A DNA stretch of 64,000 nt from an uncultured Actinomycetes bacterium (GCA_903854185.1 CAINVP010000114.1:3212-67211); one strand, 5' to 3'. Counted from the stretch's first letter, positions 45,145-55,951 are shown. Translations and numbers: made by a program. The notes: generated from the sequence alone by a model not told the origin.

Positions 45145-47228
45145 TTAGTTGGCAACTTTGCATTCTTTGGATCCACCTTAGGAATTATGTATGACGGGCC
45201 GGTTGATGAGAAGAGCGCCTTCTTTGGGTTCACGGTATTTCCGGTGACGCCATAAATTGCTGAGTAGATATCTTTCACGCCGACGGCTGAGACCGAAGCA
45301 CCGAATCCACCCTGGCTCACCATCATGACAACTGCATATTGAGGCTTTGCAGCGGGGGCAAAGGAAGCGAACCACGAGGTGTCATCCTTTGCGCTGCCAT
45401 TTGCATTGCGCCCAAGAACCTGTCCGGTTCCAGTCTTGCCTGAAACTTCAATCGGAAAATTAGCAAAGACACCTGCCGCAGTTCCCTTTGTAGCAACGGC
45501 GCGAAGTGCTTGATGGAGGAATGAGACATCGGATGAGGTCAGAGGCGCTTTTCCATCAGAGACCTTGGAAAATTGCTTCACGATTTCCCCATTAGGCTTC
45601 ACAATAGCTTCAGCAATCTGCGGCTTCCAGAGTGTTCCCCCGTTAGCTATCGCAGCATATATCTGTGTTAACTGAAGTGGCGTCACAAGCGTGTCACCCT
45701 GGCCAATGGCAAAGTTAACGGCATCACCGGCGCGAAGTTTATTTCCATCTAAGCAATTTTCATGAGCAATGGCGATGAGGTAAGGAGTAAGGTCAGATTT
45801 ACGTGCACGATTCTTATAGTCACAGAAGAACTTCTTATTGGCATCGTAATATGCCTGCTTCCACGCCCGGTTTGGAAGACGGCCATTTATCTCACCAGGC
45901 AGATCCACACCGGTCGCCTTGCCAATGTGGAAGGCGGCGGCGTTACTAAAGAAGTAATCGTTGAGGTTCTTCTTAGGAAAGAGTCCGCCATCTTTTAGCC
46001 AGAGATCAAAGGCAATCTGATACCAAATAGTGTCACAGGAAACCGCAATCGCATCATTCATGTTGATTCGACCCTGTGACTTAGTCTCAAAGTTATGGAA
46101 CACCTGGGTGCCGACTTTAAGTTGCGCGGGGCAATCGTAAAGAGCGTTCATGTTGTAGCCCGCTTTTGTTGCTGCAACAACCGAGAGCGCTTTAAAAGTT
46201 GAAGCCGGGGCGTATGCACCTTGGATAGCGCGAGAGAGCGCCGGCACACCTGTGTTCTCGCTAAAGAGATCCTTCGCCTGTTGAACCGTTAAGCCCTTCT
46301 GCCACATATTGGGGTCATATGTCGGATAAGAAGCCATCGCAAGAATCGCACCAGTCTTCACATCCATCACAATCGCTGCACCAGAGTCGGCGCGGTACCC
46401 AAGTGAGCGGGAGCGCGCGACCGATGTGGCAAGTGCCTTCTCTGTCGCTGCCTGCAGGCGTACATCGATATTTGTGATGACATTATCTCCAGGGATTGGC
46501 TTAGTATCCCGAGCGGTTTGAGTAATAGCTTCCTTGCGATCGACAATGACAGTTTTGATTCCCGGAATACCGTGAAGATATGGCTCGTATTGATACTCCA
46601 GGCCGGTCTTTCCTATCGTCTCATTCCGGTAATAGACCTTGGTCGTACTTGAAAGATCTGCATCCGTCACACCACCGGTATAACCAAGAATATGAGCCGC
46701 ATTCTCACCGGCAAGTGATGGGTAACTTCGAATCGGAACCGGAGTTGAATCAATGCCCTTGTAATAATCAGGGTTCTCCAGAATCTTAAGAGCCTGGGCT
46801 TCTGTGGCCAACTTCGTCACAGGAATTGGTTGATAGCGAGTTCCATTCCAGCAACCGGTACGTTGCCCGACGGGAAGTTCACCGCAAAGTCTGGTTCTGG
46901 CATATAAATCTGGGTACTTCACTTTCAGCAACGATGAGAGCTTGAGAATGACCGCCTTACCTTGGTCTGGCATCTTGTCGATGACACTTCGATCCACAGT
47001 AATTTCAAGGCCCGCACGGTCCATAGCAAGTGGAATTCCCGCACGATCGGTAATAGCGCCACGTACCGCAGGTTCAACGATATCGCGGCTCTGGATGCTC
47101 AATGCGGCGTTCTGATAGCGAAGTCCATCAGCAACTTGGAGGTAAAAGAGGCGACCGAAGAGGGCAAGCAAGAGGGAGATAACCAATACCTGCAATACCA
47201 GCAGACTCATACGAGAGCGAGAGTTCAT
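45141..47228 (-). CDS. mrdA: Penicillin-binding protein 2 (elongation-specific class B transpeptidase)
   Basis: 695-aa ORF with an N-terminal TM anchor and the motifs STFK, SCD (SxN position) and KTGT. It lies in the mreBCD-pbp2-rodA arrangement. Confidence 0.85.
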   Translation of the reverse strand: MNSRSRMSLLVLQVLVISLLLALFGRLFYLQVADGLRYQNAALSIQSRDIVEPAVRGAITDRAGIPLAMDRAGLEITVDRSVIDKMPDQGKAVILKLSSLLKVKYPDLYARTRLCGELPVGQRTGCWNGTRYQPIPVTKLATEAQALKILENPDYYKGIDSTPVPIRSYPSLAGENAAHILGYTGGVTDADLSSTTKVYYRNETIGKTGLEYQYEPYLHGIPGIKTVIVDRKEAITQTARDTKPIPGDNVITNIDVRLQAATEKALATSVARSRSLGYRADSGAAIVMDVKTGAILAMASYPTYDPNMWQKGLTVQQAKDLFSENTGVPALSRAIQGAYAPASTFKALSVVAATKAGYNMNALYDCPAQLKVGTQVFHNFETKSQGRINMNDAIAVSCDTIWYQIAFDLWLKDGGLFPKKNLNDYFFSNAAAFHIGKATGVDLPGEINGRLPNRAWKQAYYDANKKFFCDYKNRARKSDLTPYLIAIAHENCLDGNKLRAGDAVNFAIGQGDTLVTPLQLTQIYAAIANGGTLWKPQIAEAIVKPNGEIVKQFSKVSDGKAPLTSSDVSFLHQALRAVATKGTAAGVFANFPIEVSGKTGTGQVLGRNANGSAKDDTSWFASFAPAAKPQYAVVMMVSQGGFGASVSAVGVKDIYSAIYGVTGNTVNPKKALFSSTGPSYIIPKVDPKNAKLPTK

Positions 47229-47746
47229 GAGCGCTCCCTCGAAGTCAGCATGAGTTCACGCATCCATCGAAGTGGCGGCAAGAAGAATGGTGCAAAGATG
47301 ACCGTATATAAGAAATTTCCCAAAATAATAACGATTGCTCGAGAAAGGTTTCCGTTAGATTCGCCGAGGAGGGTGCCAAAGAGAAGGTACGTAATGAACG
47401 AACCAGATGCGGCTACCCCGATGAAAATTCCAAAACCAATATGTCCTTCAATAAATTCAGCAACGCTATCGCGATTAAGTGAGATCAGATAGCCGGTGAG
47501 AGTGAGAATAAGCGCCCATTGGCCAAATGGGCCGTCGGATGTGGGCGAGAGATCGAGTACTAATCCCCCAATAAAACCAAGTGCGACTGCGCCATTTCGT
47601 TCCTCAAGAGAGATCATCGCCAAGAGCACAGCTATGTAGAGTGAGAAGCCGGCAATGGGAAGTCGCACTCGTGTCACTACCGACTCTTGAACGATAAAGA
47701 CGAAGAAGAGAAAGGCGGTATTCAGCGCTACGCGTAGCGGGTTCAT
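47225..47746 (-). CDS. mreD: Rod shape-determining protein MreD
   Basis: 173-aa polytopic membrane ORF between mreC and pbp2. Confidence 0.75.
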   Translation of the reverse strand: MNPLRVALNTAFLFFVFIVQESVVTRVRLPIAGFSLYIAVLLAMISLEERNGAVALGFIGGLVLDLSPTSDGPFGQWALILTLTGYLISLNRDSVAEFIEGHIGFGIFIGVAASGSFITYLLFGTLLGESNGNLSRAIVIILGNFLYTVIFAPFFLPPLRWMRELMLTSRERS

Positions 47747-48699
47747 TAATGACCAGAACCTGTTGGACTAGGTGTTGCCGAGGGTGTCGCTACTGGAGCA
47801 GGTGTTACATAGACCGTCACTGTCGGAATTGGAGTCGGTTGAATAATTGAACGTGGCGCCGTGGTCGGAGCACTGACAACAACCGAGACAACTCCGATGT
47901 TATTTAAATTCGCGTAAGCCTTTACCGTTGCGCTCTGAGTGAGTGAGGCAGAGGTGTGATCCACAGAAGTCACATAACCAACCGGAAGTCCAGGAATGAA
48001 AGGTCGGTTTCCATCGCTGCCATTGGAGATGAGTGAATCACCTACTTTGATCTCACCGGTTGGGTCCAAGAGTTGGAATTGGTATTCATTGCCACCTTGG
48101 CCGATAAGGACACCAACACTCTGTGTTCGTGCATCACGGACGCCAATTCTGAAGGCCGGATCATTCATCAACAGAACAATTGCCGAATGTGATTCGACAC
48201 TTTTTACGACTCCCACAAGTCCATTTGCAGAGATCACCGTCTCATTTACGCTGACATGATCTGCGGTGCCGGCATCGATGCTGATTGTCTGCGAAAAGGT
48301 TGATGCCGATCCTCGCCCAATGACGCGGGCAGATACAACTTTATAATTAGCTCGTGCAGCAAGATCCAAAGCCCCTCGAAGCTGCGTGAGTTGACCCTGA
48401 ATATCTTTATTAAGAATTACTTGCTTCTTTAGCTCGGCATTCTGCGACTTCAACTCTTTAATCTCATTTGAAGTCTTACCGAAGCTCTTTACATCGCTGA
48501 AGAATCGCCCAACCGGAGCAAAGATATTTGAAACGCTCTTCTGCACCGGGGCGAGAATTGTTTGAGTCACTGACCGCGAACCAGATGTGAAACTGACTCC
48601 ACGTAGATCCAAGGTAATAAAGAAGAGAGAGGTGACAAGGAGAATGACAATTAAGAGTCGCGAGCGATTGCTCGATCTTCTATTGCCACTACGAAACAA
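47746..48699 (-). CDS. mreC: Rod shape-determining protein MreC
   Basis: 317-aa ORF with an N-terminal TM helix, a coiled-coil segment (IKELKSQNAELKKQV), beta-rich MreC domains and a Pro/Thr-rich C-terminal tail. Confidence 0.85.
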   Translation of the reverse strand: MFRSGNRRSSNRSRLLIVILLVTSLFFITLDLRGVSFTSGSRSVTQTILAPVQKSVSNIFAPVGRFFSDVKSFGKTSNEIKELKSQNAELKKQVILNKDIQGQLTQLRGALDLAARANYKVVSARVIGRGSASTFSQTISIDAGTADHVSVNETVISANGLVGVVKSVESHSAIVLLMNDPAFRIGVRDARTQSVGVLIGQGGNEYQFQLLDPTGEIKVGDSLISNGSDGNRPFIPGLPVGYVTSVDHTSASLTQSATVKAYANLNNIGVVSVVVSAPTTAPRSIIQPTPIPTVTVYVTPAPVATPSATPSPTGSGH

Positions 48700-48740
48700 T
48701 CCAGGCTCCTGCCACTAAGTCGGGAGCAGTTTATCCGTCT

Positions 48741-49820
48741 TTACCTGCGAGGCTCAGAAATGAGGACCTTTTCAAGTGCTTCGAACTCCTCGACGCACTT
48801 TCCTGAGCCCTCTGCAACAGCTTGAAGCGGACGGTCAGAGATGATGATTGGTAGGCCGGTCTCACGACGAAGGCGCTCATCAAGTCCACGGAGTAGGGCT
48901 CCGCCGCCTGTGAGGACGATTCCGCTCTTCATGAGGTCGGAGGCCAACTCTGGTGGAGTGCGGTCGAGCGTGCTTTTCACAGCATTCACGATTTGGTTAA
49001 CTGGATCTTCCAGCGCCTTACGAATATCTTCGGCAGAGACGACGATGGTCTTTGGGAGTCCGGTCGCAAGGTCGCGACCACGGATCTCTTCACTTGACTC
49101 ACCTGGATAGCGGTAAGCAGAACCAATCTTCATCTTAATCTCTTCAGCGCTTCGCTCTCCGAGATGGAGTGAGTATTCGCGCTTAACCCAGTCAATGATG
49201 GCTTGATCTAGCTCATCGCCACCGACGCGGATAGAGAGCGCGGTAACAATGCCACCGAGGGAAATAACCGCAACTTCAGTTGTACCTCCGCCGATATCGA
49301 CAACCATGTTGCCGACTGGCTTATGAATCGGAAGGTTTGCACCGATTGCGGCAGCCATTGGCTCTTCAATGATGTACACCTTGCGCGCACCAGCAGCGAA
49401 GGCTGCATCTTTTACTGCGCGTTGCTCAACGCCTGTGATTCCTGATGGAACGCAGACAACAATTCTTGGCTTAGCAAGATAGCGACGACGATGCACCTTC
49501 TGGATGAAGTAGCGCAACATGCGCTCGGTTGTATCAAAGTCGGCGATAACGCCATCTTTCAGTGGGCGGATCGCAACGATATTTCCTGGTGTGCGACCAA
49601 TCATGTGCTTCGCCTCAGAACCAACGGCAAGAATCGCACCGGTATCTTGGTTGACAGCAACTACTGATGGCTCGTTAAGAACGATTCCGATGCCGCGCAC
49701 ATAGACGAGCGTGTTAGCAGTACCAAGGTCTACCGCCATATCGCGACCGATGAAAGACATCTTGCTCGATCGGCGTTGGACTTTCTCCTTGTTTGTCGCC
49801 TTTACCTCTTCGTTGCTCAT
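48741..49820 (-). CDS. mreB: Actin-like rod shape-determining protein MreB
   Basis: 359-aa ORF with [10 protein letters not shown] and [11 protein letters not shown] phosphate-binding motifs. ATG at 49820 lies 7 nt after AGGAG. Confidence 0.9.
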   Translation of the reverse strand: MSNEEVKATNKEKVQRRSSKMSFIGRDMAVDLGTANTLVYVRGIGIVLNEPSVVAVNQDTGAILAVGSEAKHMIGRTPGNIVAIRPLKDGVIADFDTTERMLRYFIQKVHRRRYLAKPRIVVCVPSGITGVEQRAVKDAAFAAGARKVYIIEEPMAAAIGANLPIHKPVGNMVVDIGGGTTEVAVISLGGIVTALSIRVGGDELDQAIIDWVKREYSLHLGERSAEEIKMKIGSAYRYPGESSEEIRGRDLATGLPKTIVVSAEDIRKALEDPVNQIVNAVKSTLDRTPPELASDLMKSGIVLTGGGALLRGLDERLRRETGLPIIISDRPLQAVAEGSGKCVEEFEALEKVLISEPRR

Positions 49821-49834
49821 CCATTAGCTCCTGA

Positions 49835-50251
49835 CTAGTTAAACCAAATAGCAATTTCGCGCTCTGCCGACTCTGGTGAGTCAGACCCGTGCACGATATT
49901 TTGTACGACTTTTGTTCCTTGATCGCAGGCTAGATCTCCGCGGATGGTTCCTGGTTCGGCAACTGTTGGATCGGTTGTGCCGGCTAACTTTCTAAAACCC
50001 TCGATAACGCGATGACCTTCGGCGATGATCGCAACTACCTTGCCCGAGAGCATGAACTCCAAGAGAGGTTCATAAAAAGGTTTTCCTTCATGCTCGGCAT
50101 AATGCTTCGCAAGAAGTTCGCGATCAGGTTGAATCATTTTGAGTTCAGAGATGTTGTATCCCTTAGTTTCAATGCGGCGAATTACTTCGCCAACAAGTTG
50201 GCGACGAACGCCATCAGGCTTTACAAGGATAAGGGTTCTCTGGAGGCTCAC
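49835..50251 (-). CDS. ndk: Nucleoside diphosphate kinase
   Basis: 138-aa ORF with ERTLILVKPDG-type N-terminus and the NIVHGSDS active-site motif. Confidence 0.95.
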   Translation of the reverse strand: MSLQRTLILVKPDGVRRQLVGEVIRRIETKGYNISELKMIQPDRELLAKHYAEHEGKPFYEPLLEFMLSGKVVAIIAEGHRVIEGFRKLAGTTDPTVAEPGTIRGDLACDQGTKVVQNIVHGSDSPESAEREIAIWFN

Positions 50252-50293
50252 TCACCAATTCTATGGGATGGGAGGAGGAAGGAAAAAACTCGC

Positions 50294-50620
50294 TTATTTC
50301 TCCCCTGTGGTGAAGGCGGCGCGGGCCGCTTCACCCTTTTTTCCCAGGATATAGGCGCAAACCCACAGGATTGCGAAGAGAACTCCCAGGAAGTACATGA
50401 GTGGAACTACAACGCCGTAAGCGATCAGGGCTATTTGAAGGAGTGAGCCGAGAATCCAACCTCGAATAGAAGAGAGCAACCCGGCGGTCAGAAGTAGAAG
50501 AAGCGCTATCAACGCACCTATCCAAAGTGTTGTTGCGGAGTGATGGTTCTTTGCAATCAGAAGTGCAAATCCTACGAGGAAGAACTCCATCGTAATAACG
50601 GCTGAGCCTAAAGTTCTCAC
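50294..50620 (-). CDS. DUF4233 family small membrane protein
   Basis: 108-aa, 3-4 TM ORF in the conserved actinobacterial slot between folC and ndk. There is a 4-nt overlap with the folC stop. Confidence 0.7.
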   Translation of the reverse strand: MRTLGSAVITMEFFLVGFALLIAKNHHSATTLWIGALIALLLLLTAGLLSSIRGWILGSLLQIALIAYGVVVPLMYFLGVLFAILWVCAYILGKKGEAARAAFTTGEK

Positions 50621-51963
50621 TCGCCGGCAAACGCTCTCACGATTGTCTTCGCCTCACCAGCAGTGACAACTGATCCAGTGATGACTACGCCGGAGGTGCC
50701 CTCACTCGTTTGATTAATCAGTGTGCACTGTTCAATCGTGGTTGCTATCGCGCTCTGAAGATTTGACTCTTTGAAGACACGCTCGGCACCAAAGACTTGG
50801 ACTGCTAACGCATATAACTCATCGATCGGCAGAGCGCGAGGTGATGTGCTTGAGGTAACGACGAGCCGATCAATAACCGGCTCTAACTCTTGGAGAAGTC
50901 CCAACGCATCTTTCTCTCCCAGAATTCCTACAACGCCAAAGATAGATTCGAAATCAAACTCGTTACGAAGGGTTTCAGCAAGAGCGTGAGCGCCATGTGG
51001 ATTATGAGCTGCATCGACGATAACCGTTGGATCGCGATAAATGATTTCGCATCGTCCAGGTGACTGAATATTTGCAAATGCGCGGCGAACCGCCTCGATA
51101 TCAAGTGACGTTCCGGCGAAGGCCTCCACTGCCGCAAGTGCGACCGATGCATTTTGAGCTTGGTGTGCGCCATACAGCGGAACGAATACCTCTTTGTATT
51201 CCCCATGCACACCGCGAATTGTGAGAAGCTGTCCGCCGACAGCTAGTGCGCGTTCAGTAACTGCAAATTCGACACCTTCACGGTACGGCATCGCGCCCTT
51301 TTCCAGGATGCGTTCAGTCAATATTTTGGCAACTTCTATCGGCTGCGCTGATACGACAACACGACACTCGGGCTTGATAATTCCAGCCTTTGTTCGTGCA
51401 ATCTCTTCAATTGTCTCGCCGAGATACTCCATGTGATCTAAACCAATCGGTGTAAACACCGCGACTTGTCCTTGCACAACATTTGTCGCATCCCACTCGC
51501 CACCCATGCCGACTTCGATGACGCCGATATCAACCGGAAATTCTGCAAACGCCACAAAGGCAAGTGCGGTGATGGCCTCAAAGAAAGAGATGGGATGTGA
51601 CTGGCGCGAATCAATGAGATCTAAGTAGAGCGCGATATCGTTATAAGTAGCGATCATCCCTTCAGCAGTGATTGGTTCACCATTGATGGAGATACGTTCA
51701 AGAATGCTCTCTAAATGCGGGCTGGTAAATCGACCGGTTCGATATCCAAGCTCGCGCATGAGGGAATCAATCATGCGAGAGGTTGTGGTTTTACCATTTG
51801 TGCCAGTGATATGAATCGTTGGATAGGTCAACTGGGGACTACCGAGCGCATATGTCAGCGCTTCGATGCGATCCATAGATGGCTCGAGCTTGCTCTCTGG
51901 CCAGCGCGCTAATAGCGCTGCCTCTACGAGATCCAGCCCTTCCTTCTCTTCTGGCGTCAACAT
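50617..51963 (-). CDS. folC: Dihydrofolate synthase / folylpolyglutamate synthase
   Basis: 448-aa ORF with the Mur-ligase P-loop GTNGKTTT. The valS-folC synteny is conserved. Confidence 0.9.
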   Translation of the reverse strand: MLTPEEKEGLDLVEAALLARWPESKLEPSMDRIEALTYALGSPQLTYPTIHITGTNGKTTTSRMIDSLMRELGYRTGRFTSPHLESILERISINGEPITAEGMIATYNDIALYLDLIDSRQSHPISFFEAITALAFVAFAEFPVDIGVIEVGMGGEWDATNVVQGQVAVFTPIGLDHMEYLGETIEEIARTKAGIIKPECRVVVSAQPIEVAKILTERILEKGAMPYREGVEFAVTERALAVGGQLLTIRGVHGEYKEVFVPLYGAHQAQNASVALAAVEAFAGTSLDIEAVRRAFANIQSPGRCEIIYRDPTVIVDAAHNPHGAHALAETLRNEFDFESIFGVVGILGEKDALGLLQELEPVIDRLVVTSSTSPRALPIDELYALAVQVFGAERVFKESNLQSAIATTIEQCTLINQTSEGTSGVVITGSVVTAGEAKTIVRAFAGE

Positions 51964-54551
51964 TATTCGGTCGGCAATCCTGCAAGGGAAGCAATGATTC
52001 GCTCGATGTCGGCTGTGGTCTGCGCTAACCGCTCTCGAATCTCTTGGACAACTTCAAGGGGCGCCTTCGCCATAAAGCCCTCATTCTCAAGCTTTACCTT
52101 TGCAGTTGCACGATCTTTCTCTGCCTGAGCAAGGTCCTTAGAAAGGCGGGCGCGTTCTGCTTTAAGGTCGATAGCACCAGTGAGATCAAATTCAATTGTC
52201 ACATCATCTACTTCAATCTTTGATGTGAAGTTACCCTCGCTGATATCAGCACGGATAATATGACGAATTGCACCCTCATACGGCGCGAGTTCACCGAGGC
52301 CGTTAAAGCGCGCGATGATTTTTGCAGAGCTCTTAATTCCTTGATCATTTCTGAAGCGACGAATCTCAGTGATGATGTCCTGAATCTGTGCAATCGTCTT
52401 CTTTGAGGTGCCATCTTGCATCGCCGGTGCCAACTTTGGCCATGAAGCTATGACGACAGACTCTTCTCCGGTGAGATTTGTCCAGAGCGCTTCAGTGATG
52501 AATGGCATAGATGGGTGGAGAAGTCGAAGCAACTGGTCGAGGACGTGTCCAAGAACGCGACGAGATTTATCCGCTGACTCTCCTCCTGCTGCAAAGGATG
52601 CCTTCGATAATTCGAGATACCAGTCGCAGAGATCATCCCAAGCAAAGTGATAGAGAATTTCAGATGCCTTTGCGAATTCATACTTCTCGTACAACGCATC
52701 AACTTCAGTAACGGTCTCATCAAGGCGGGTAAGAATCCAGCGATTAATTGCATCGAGTGATTCGAAAGATGGGAGCGCACCTTCTACCGTCGCGCCGTTC
52801 ATCATCGCAAAGCGTGAGGCATTCCAGAGCTTTGTTGCGAAGTTTCGTGCTCCACCAATCCACTCTTCAGCAAGTGCCTGATCAGTGCCTGGGTTTGCGC
52901 CACGTGCCAAAGTAAACCGGAGCGCATCTGAACCATAAGTATCCATGAACTCAATTGGATCAACGGTGTTGCCACGGGACTTAGACATCTTCTTGCCAAA
53001 GCGATCGCGCACTAATCCATGCAGCGCGATGGTGTGAAATGGTTGAACGCCATCCATCGCAAAGAGACCAAACATCATCATGCGCGCAACCCAGAAGAAG
53101 AGAATGTCATAGCCGGTTACAAGAACGCTGGTTGGATAGAACTTCTTCAGGTCGGCACTCTCTTCTGGCCAACCTAAAGTTGAGAACGGCCAGAGCGCCG
53201 AAGAGAACCAGGTATCGAGAACATCTGGGTCCTGTATGTATCCTGCAGGTGGTTGCTCATCTGGACCGCACACAACGATGTCGCCATCTGGTCCGTAATA
53301 CACAGGAATGCGATGGCCCCACCACAACTGGCGCGAGATACACCAGTCATGCATGCCATCAACCCACTCAAAGTATCGTGGGGAAAGTTCTTCAGGTTCA
53401 ATCTTCACACGACCATCGCGCACTGCATCTCCTGCAGCTTTTGCAAGTGGACCAACTTTTACAAACCATTGTTTGGAGAGACGTGGTTCCACCGTTGTAT
53501 CGCAGCGCGAGCAGTGCCCGACGGAGTGCATGTAAGGACGCTTCTCTGACGGAACGCGTCCCATCTCTTTAAGCTTTGCAACAACAGCGACCCGAGCTGC
53601 GAAGCGATCCATGCCATCAAACTCGGTGCCAGTTCCACTCATTACGCCATGTTCATCCATGATGACAACGAATGGAATATTGTGTCGAACTGCCATTTCA
53701 AAGTCATTTGGATCGTGCGCCGCTGTTACCTTGACTGCGCCGGTACCGAACTCTGGATCGACTAATTCATCGGCGATAATCGGAATCATTCGGTTGACGA
53801 GTGGCAGAAGAACCATCTTACCAATCATGTGTTGGTAACGAGGATCATCTGGGTGAACTGCAACTGCGCCATCACCCATCATGGTCTCTGGTCGTGTTGT
53901 GGCAACAGTGATCTGGAGATCTCCCTCACCGTAGGTAACCTGCACAAATTCACCGGCATCATCTTGATGCTCTACTTCAATATCCGATAAGGCAGTTAAG
54001 CAGCGTGGGCACCAGTTAATGATGCGCTCTGCACGATAAATTAAATCTGCATCGTACAGGCGCTTGAAGATAGAGAGTACGGAACGCGAAAGACCTTCAT
54101 CCATTGTGAAACGTTCGCGACTCCAGTCAACAGAGTCACCGAGGCGCTTCATTTGATCAAGGATTGCTCCGCCAGATTCTGCTTTCCACTCCCAGACCTT
54201 GGCGACAAAGTTCTCGCGTCCGAGGTCGTGGCGAGAGAGGCCTTGTGCTGCTAATTGCTTCTCAACAACATTCTGTGTGGCGATGCCAGCATGGTCCATT
54301 CCCGGAAGCCAGAGAGCTTCGAAGCCCTTCATCCGCTTCATTCGAATAAGAATGTCCTGCAATGTGTGATCGAGCGCGTGACCAATATGAAGAACGCCCG
54401 TGACATTTGGAGGTGGGATAACGATTGCAAACGGTGGCTTCTCAGACTTTGGGTCTGCCGTGAAGTACCCGGCCTTCACCCACTTCTCGTAAAGGGGCGC
54501 TTCTATATCTGCAGGGACGAAGCTGGACGGCAGTTCTGGACGTTCGCTCAT
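51963..54551 (-). CDS. valS: Valine--tRNA ligase
   Basis: 862-aa ORF with the HIGH-type motif (PNVTGVLHIGH), KMSKS, and a C-terminal coiled coil. Confidence 0.95.
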   Translation of the reverse strand: MSERPELPSSFVPADIEAPLYEKWVKAGYFTADPKSEKPPFAIVIPPPNVTGVLHIGHALDHTLQDILIRMKRMKGFEALWLPGMDHAGIATQNVVEKQLAAQGLSRHDLGRENFVAKVWEWKAESGGAILDQMKRLGDSVDWSRERFTMDEGLSRSVLSIFKRLYDADLIYRAERIINWCPRCLTALSDIEVEHQDDAGEFVQVTYGEGDLQITVATTRPETMMGDGAVAVHPDDPRYQHMIGKMVLLPLVNRMIPIIADELVDPEFGTGAVKVTAAHDPNDFEMAVRHNIPFVVIMDEHGVMSGTGTEFDGMDRFAARVAVVAKLKEMGRVPSEKRPYMHSVGHCSRCDTTVEPRLSKQWFVKVGPLAKAAGDAVRDGRVKIEPEELSPRYFEWVDGMHDWCISRQLWWGHRIPVYYGPDGDIVVCGPDEQPPAGYIQDPDVLDTWFSSALWPFSTLGWPEESADLKKFYPTSVLVTGYDILFFWVARMMMFGLFAMDGVQPFHTIALHGLVRDRFGKKMSKSRGNTVDPIEFMDTYGSDALRFTLARGANPGTDQALAEEWIGGARNFATKLWNASRFAMMNGATVEGALPSFESLDAINRWILTRLDETVTEVDALYEKYEFAKASEILYHFAWDDLCDWYLELSKASFAAGGESADKSRRVLGHVLDQLLRLLHPSMPFITEALWTNLTGEESVVIASWPKLAPAMQDGTSKKTIAQIQDIITEIRRFRNDQGIKSSAKIIARFNGLGELAPYEGAIRHIIRADISEGNFTSKIEVDDVTIEFDLTGAIDLKAERARLSKDLAQAEKDRATAKVKLENEGFMAKAPLEVVQEIRERLAQTTADIERIIASLAGLPTE

Positions 54552-54596
54552 AAGGGGTTCAGTTTAGAGTAGGAATTGGGTCGAGATTTTGCGTGA

Positions 54597-55877
54597 CTAG
54601 GCGCTCTTGGAGGAACGCTTTGACCCAGCGGCTGGCCCAGAGCGCAGAACATACTCGGGCTGCTTATGGCTAAGCACGCAATCGGGGGTCACAATCACGC
54701 GTTCAACGTCAGCCCGTGAAGGCACCTCATACATCACGGAGAGCAGGGTCTCCTCCATGATTGCACGAAGACCACGTGCACCCGTACCGCGCTTAATAGC
54801 AAGATCGGCTACAACTTCAAGTGCCTCGTGCGAGATCTCTAGTTCGACGCCATCAAGAGCGAAGAGGCGTTGGTACTGCTTCACAAGCGCATTCTTTGGC
54901 TCAGTCAGAATCTGCATGAGGGCTGGGCGATCAAGATTCTCAACTGAGGTCAAGATTGGTAGACGTCCAATGAACTCGGGAATCATTCCGAACTTCAAGA
55001 GATCTTCAGGCATAACTTCGGCGAAGAAGTCACGGGTTGAGTTCTCTTCAGTGCTCTGAAGCATGGCGTTAAAGCCAACGCCAGAACTTCCCTTGCGACC
55101 TTCAATGATCTTCTCTAGGCCGGCAAATGCGCCACCAACGATGAAGAGAATATTCGTTGTATCAATCTGTAGGAACTCTTGATGAGGGTGCTTACGTCCA
55201 CCCTGTGGTGGAACTGACGCTGTTGTTCCTTCAAGAATTTTGAGTAGCGCTTGCTGCACACCTTCACCGGAAACATCGCGAGTGATTGATGGATTCTCTG
55301 CCTTACGCGCGACCTTATCGATTTCATCGATGTAGATGATGCCAGTCTCTGCCTTCTTCACGTCGAAGTCTGCTGCCTGGATTAACTTCAACAGAATGTT
55401 CTCAACATCTTCACCGACATAGCCGGCTTCAGTGAGCGCTGTTGCATCTGCAATTGCAAAGGGAACATTGAGCATCCTTGCAAGTGTCTGCGCAAGAAGT
55501 GTCTTGCCACAGCCAGTTGGGCCGAGAATAAGAATGTTGCTCTTTGAGAGTTCAATTGCATCTTCACGCTTTGTATCGCCAGATTGCACGCGCTTGTAAT
55601 GGTTATAGACAGCGACAGAGAGAGACTTCTTCGCACGGTCTTGTCCGATTACATATTGATCAAGGAAGTCATAAATCTCTTGTGGCTTCGGAAGTTCAGT
55701 TAAGCCGGATGCAGAAGCTTCACTGAGTTCTTCAACGATAATCTCGTTACAGAGATCAATGCACTCATCGCAGATGTAGACACCAGGACCGGCAATAAGC
55801 TTCTTAACCTGCTTCTGCGTCTTTCCGCAGAAAGAGCATTTGAGCAGGTCACCAGATTCGCCGATACGGGTATTCAT
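54597..55877 (-). CDS. clpX: ATP-dependent Clp protease ATP-binding subunit ClpX
   Basis: 426-aa ORF with an N-terminal zinc ribbon (CSFCGK...CDEC) and Walker A GPTGCGKT. Confidence 0.95.
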   Translation of the reverse strand: MNTRIGESGDLLKCSFCGKTQKQVKKLIAGPGVYICDECIDLCNEIIVEELSEASASGLTELPKPQEIYDFLDQYVIGQDRAKKSLSVAVYNHYKRVQSGDTKREDAIELSKSNILILGPTGCGKTLLAQTLARMLNVPFAIADATALTEAGYVGEDVENILLKLIQAADFDVKKAETGIIYIDEIDKVARKAENPSITRDVSGEGVQQALLKILEGTTASVPPQGGRKHPHQEFLQIDTTNILFIVGGAFAGLEKIIEGRKGSSGVGFNAMLQSTEENSTRDFFAEVMPEDLLKFGMIPEFIGRLPILTSVENLDRPALMQILTEPKNALVKQYQRLFALDGVELEISHEALEVVADLAIKRGTGARGLRAIMEETLLSVMYEVPSRADVERVIVTPDCVLSHKQPEYVLRSGPAAGSKRSSKSA

Positions 55878-55916
55878 AGAGATGAGCCTAGAACTTTCAT
55901 CCGTGAATTTGCCTCA

Positions 55917-55951
55917 TAAATGAGCCTTCGCGTGTTCGCCCTGAGAGAAGC
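55917..55951 (-). promoter_or_regulatory. Candidate clpX promoter: ClgR-like operator plus -10-like hexamer
   Basis: The plus strand carries GTTCGCCCTGAGAGAAGC at 55934..55951, identical to 57415..57432. On the minus strand the motif is followed after 11 nt by CATTTA (55922..55917). It lies 57-74 nt upstream of the clpX ATG. Confidence 0.45.

Noticed and set aside
50331-50630. 99-aa alternative-frame ORF overlapping the DUF4233 gene, and 55959..56330 inside clpP2.
   Set aside because: They are same-strand frame-shifted shadows of supported genes, with Arg/Ser/Cys-rich nonsense-like translations.
53039-53572. Long antisense or alternative-frame ORFs inside strong housekeeping genes (for example 53039..53572 in valS, 14251..14868 in the aldehyde dehydrogenase, 24724..25218 in leuB, 37462..37917 in the hydrolase, 38700..39149 in proB, 46962..47492 across mrdA/mreD).
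   Set aside because: Such ORFs are expected by chance at this GC content. None has an RBS, a recognisable motif or intergenic space. The opposite or primary frame carries clear conserved proteins.
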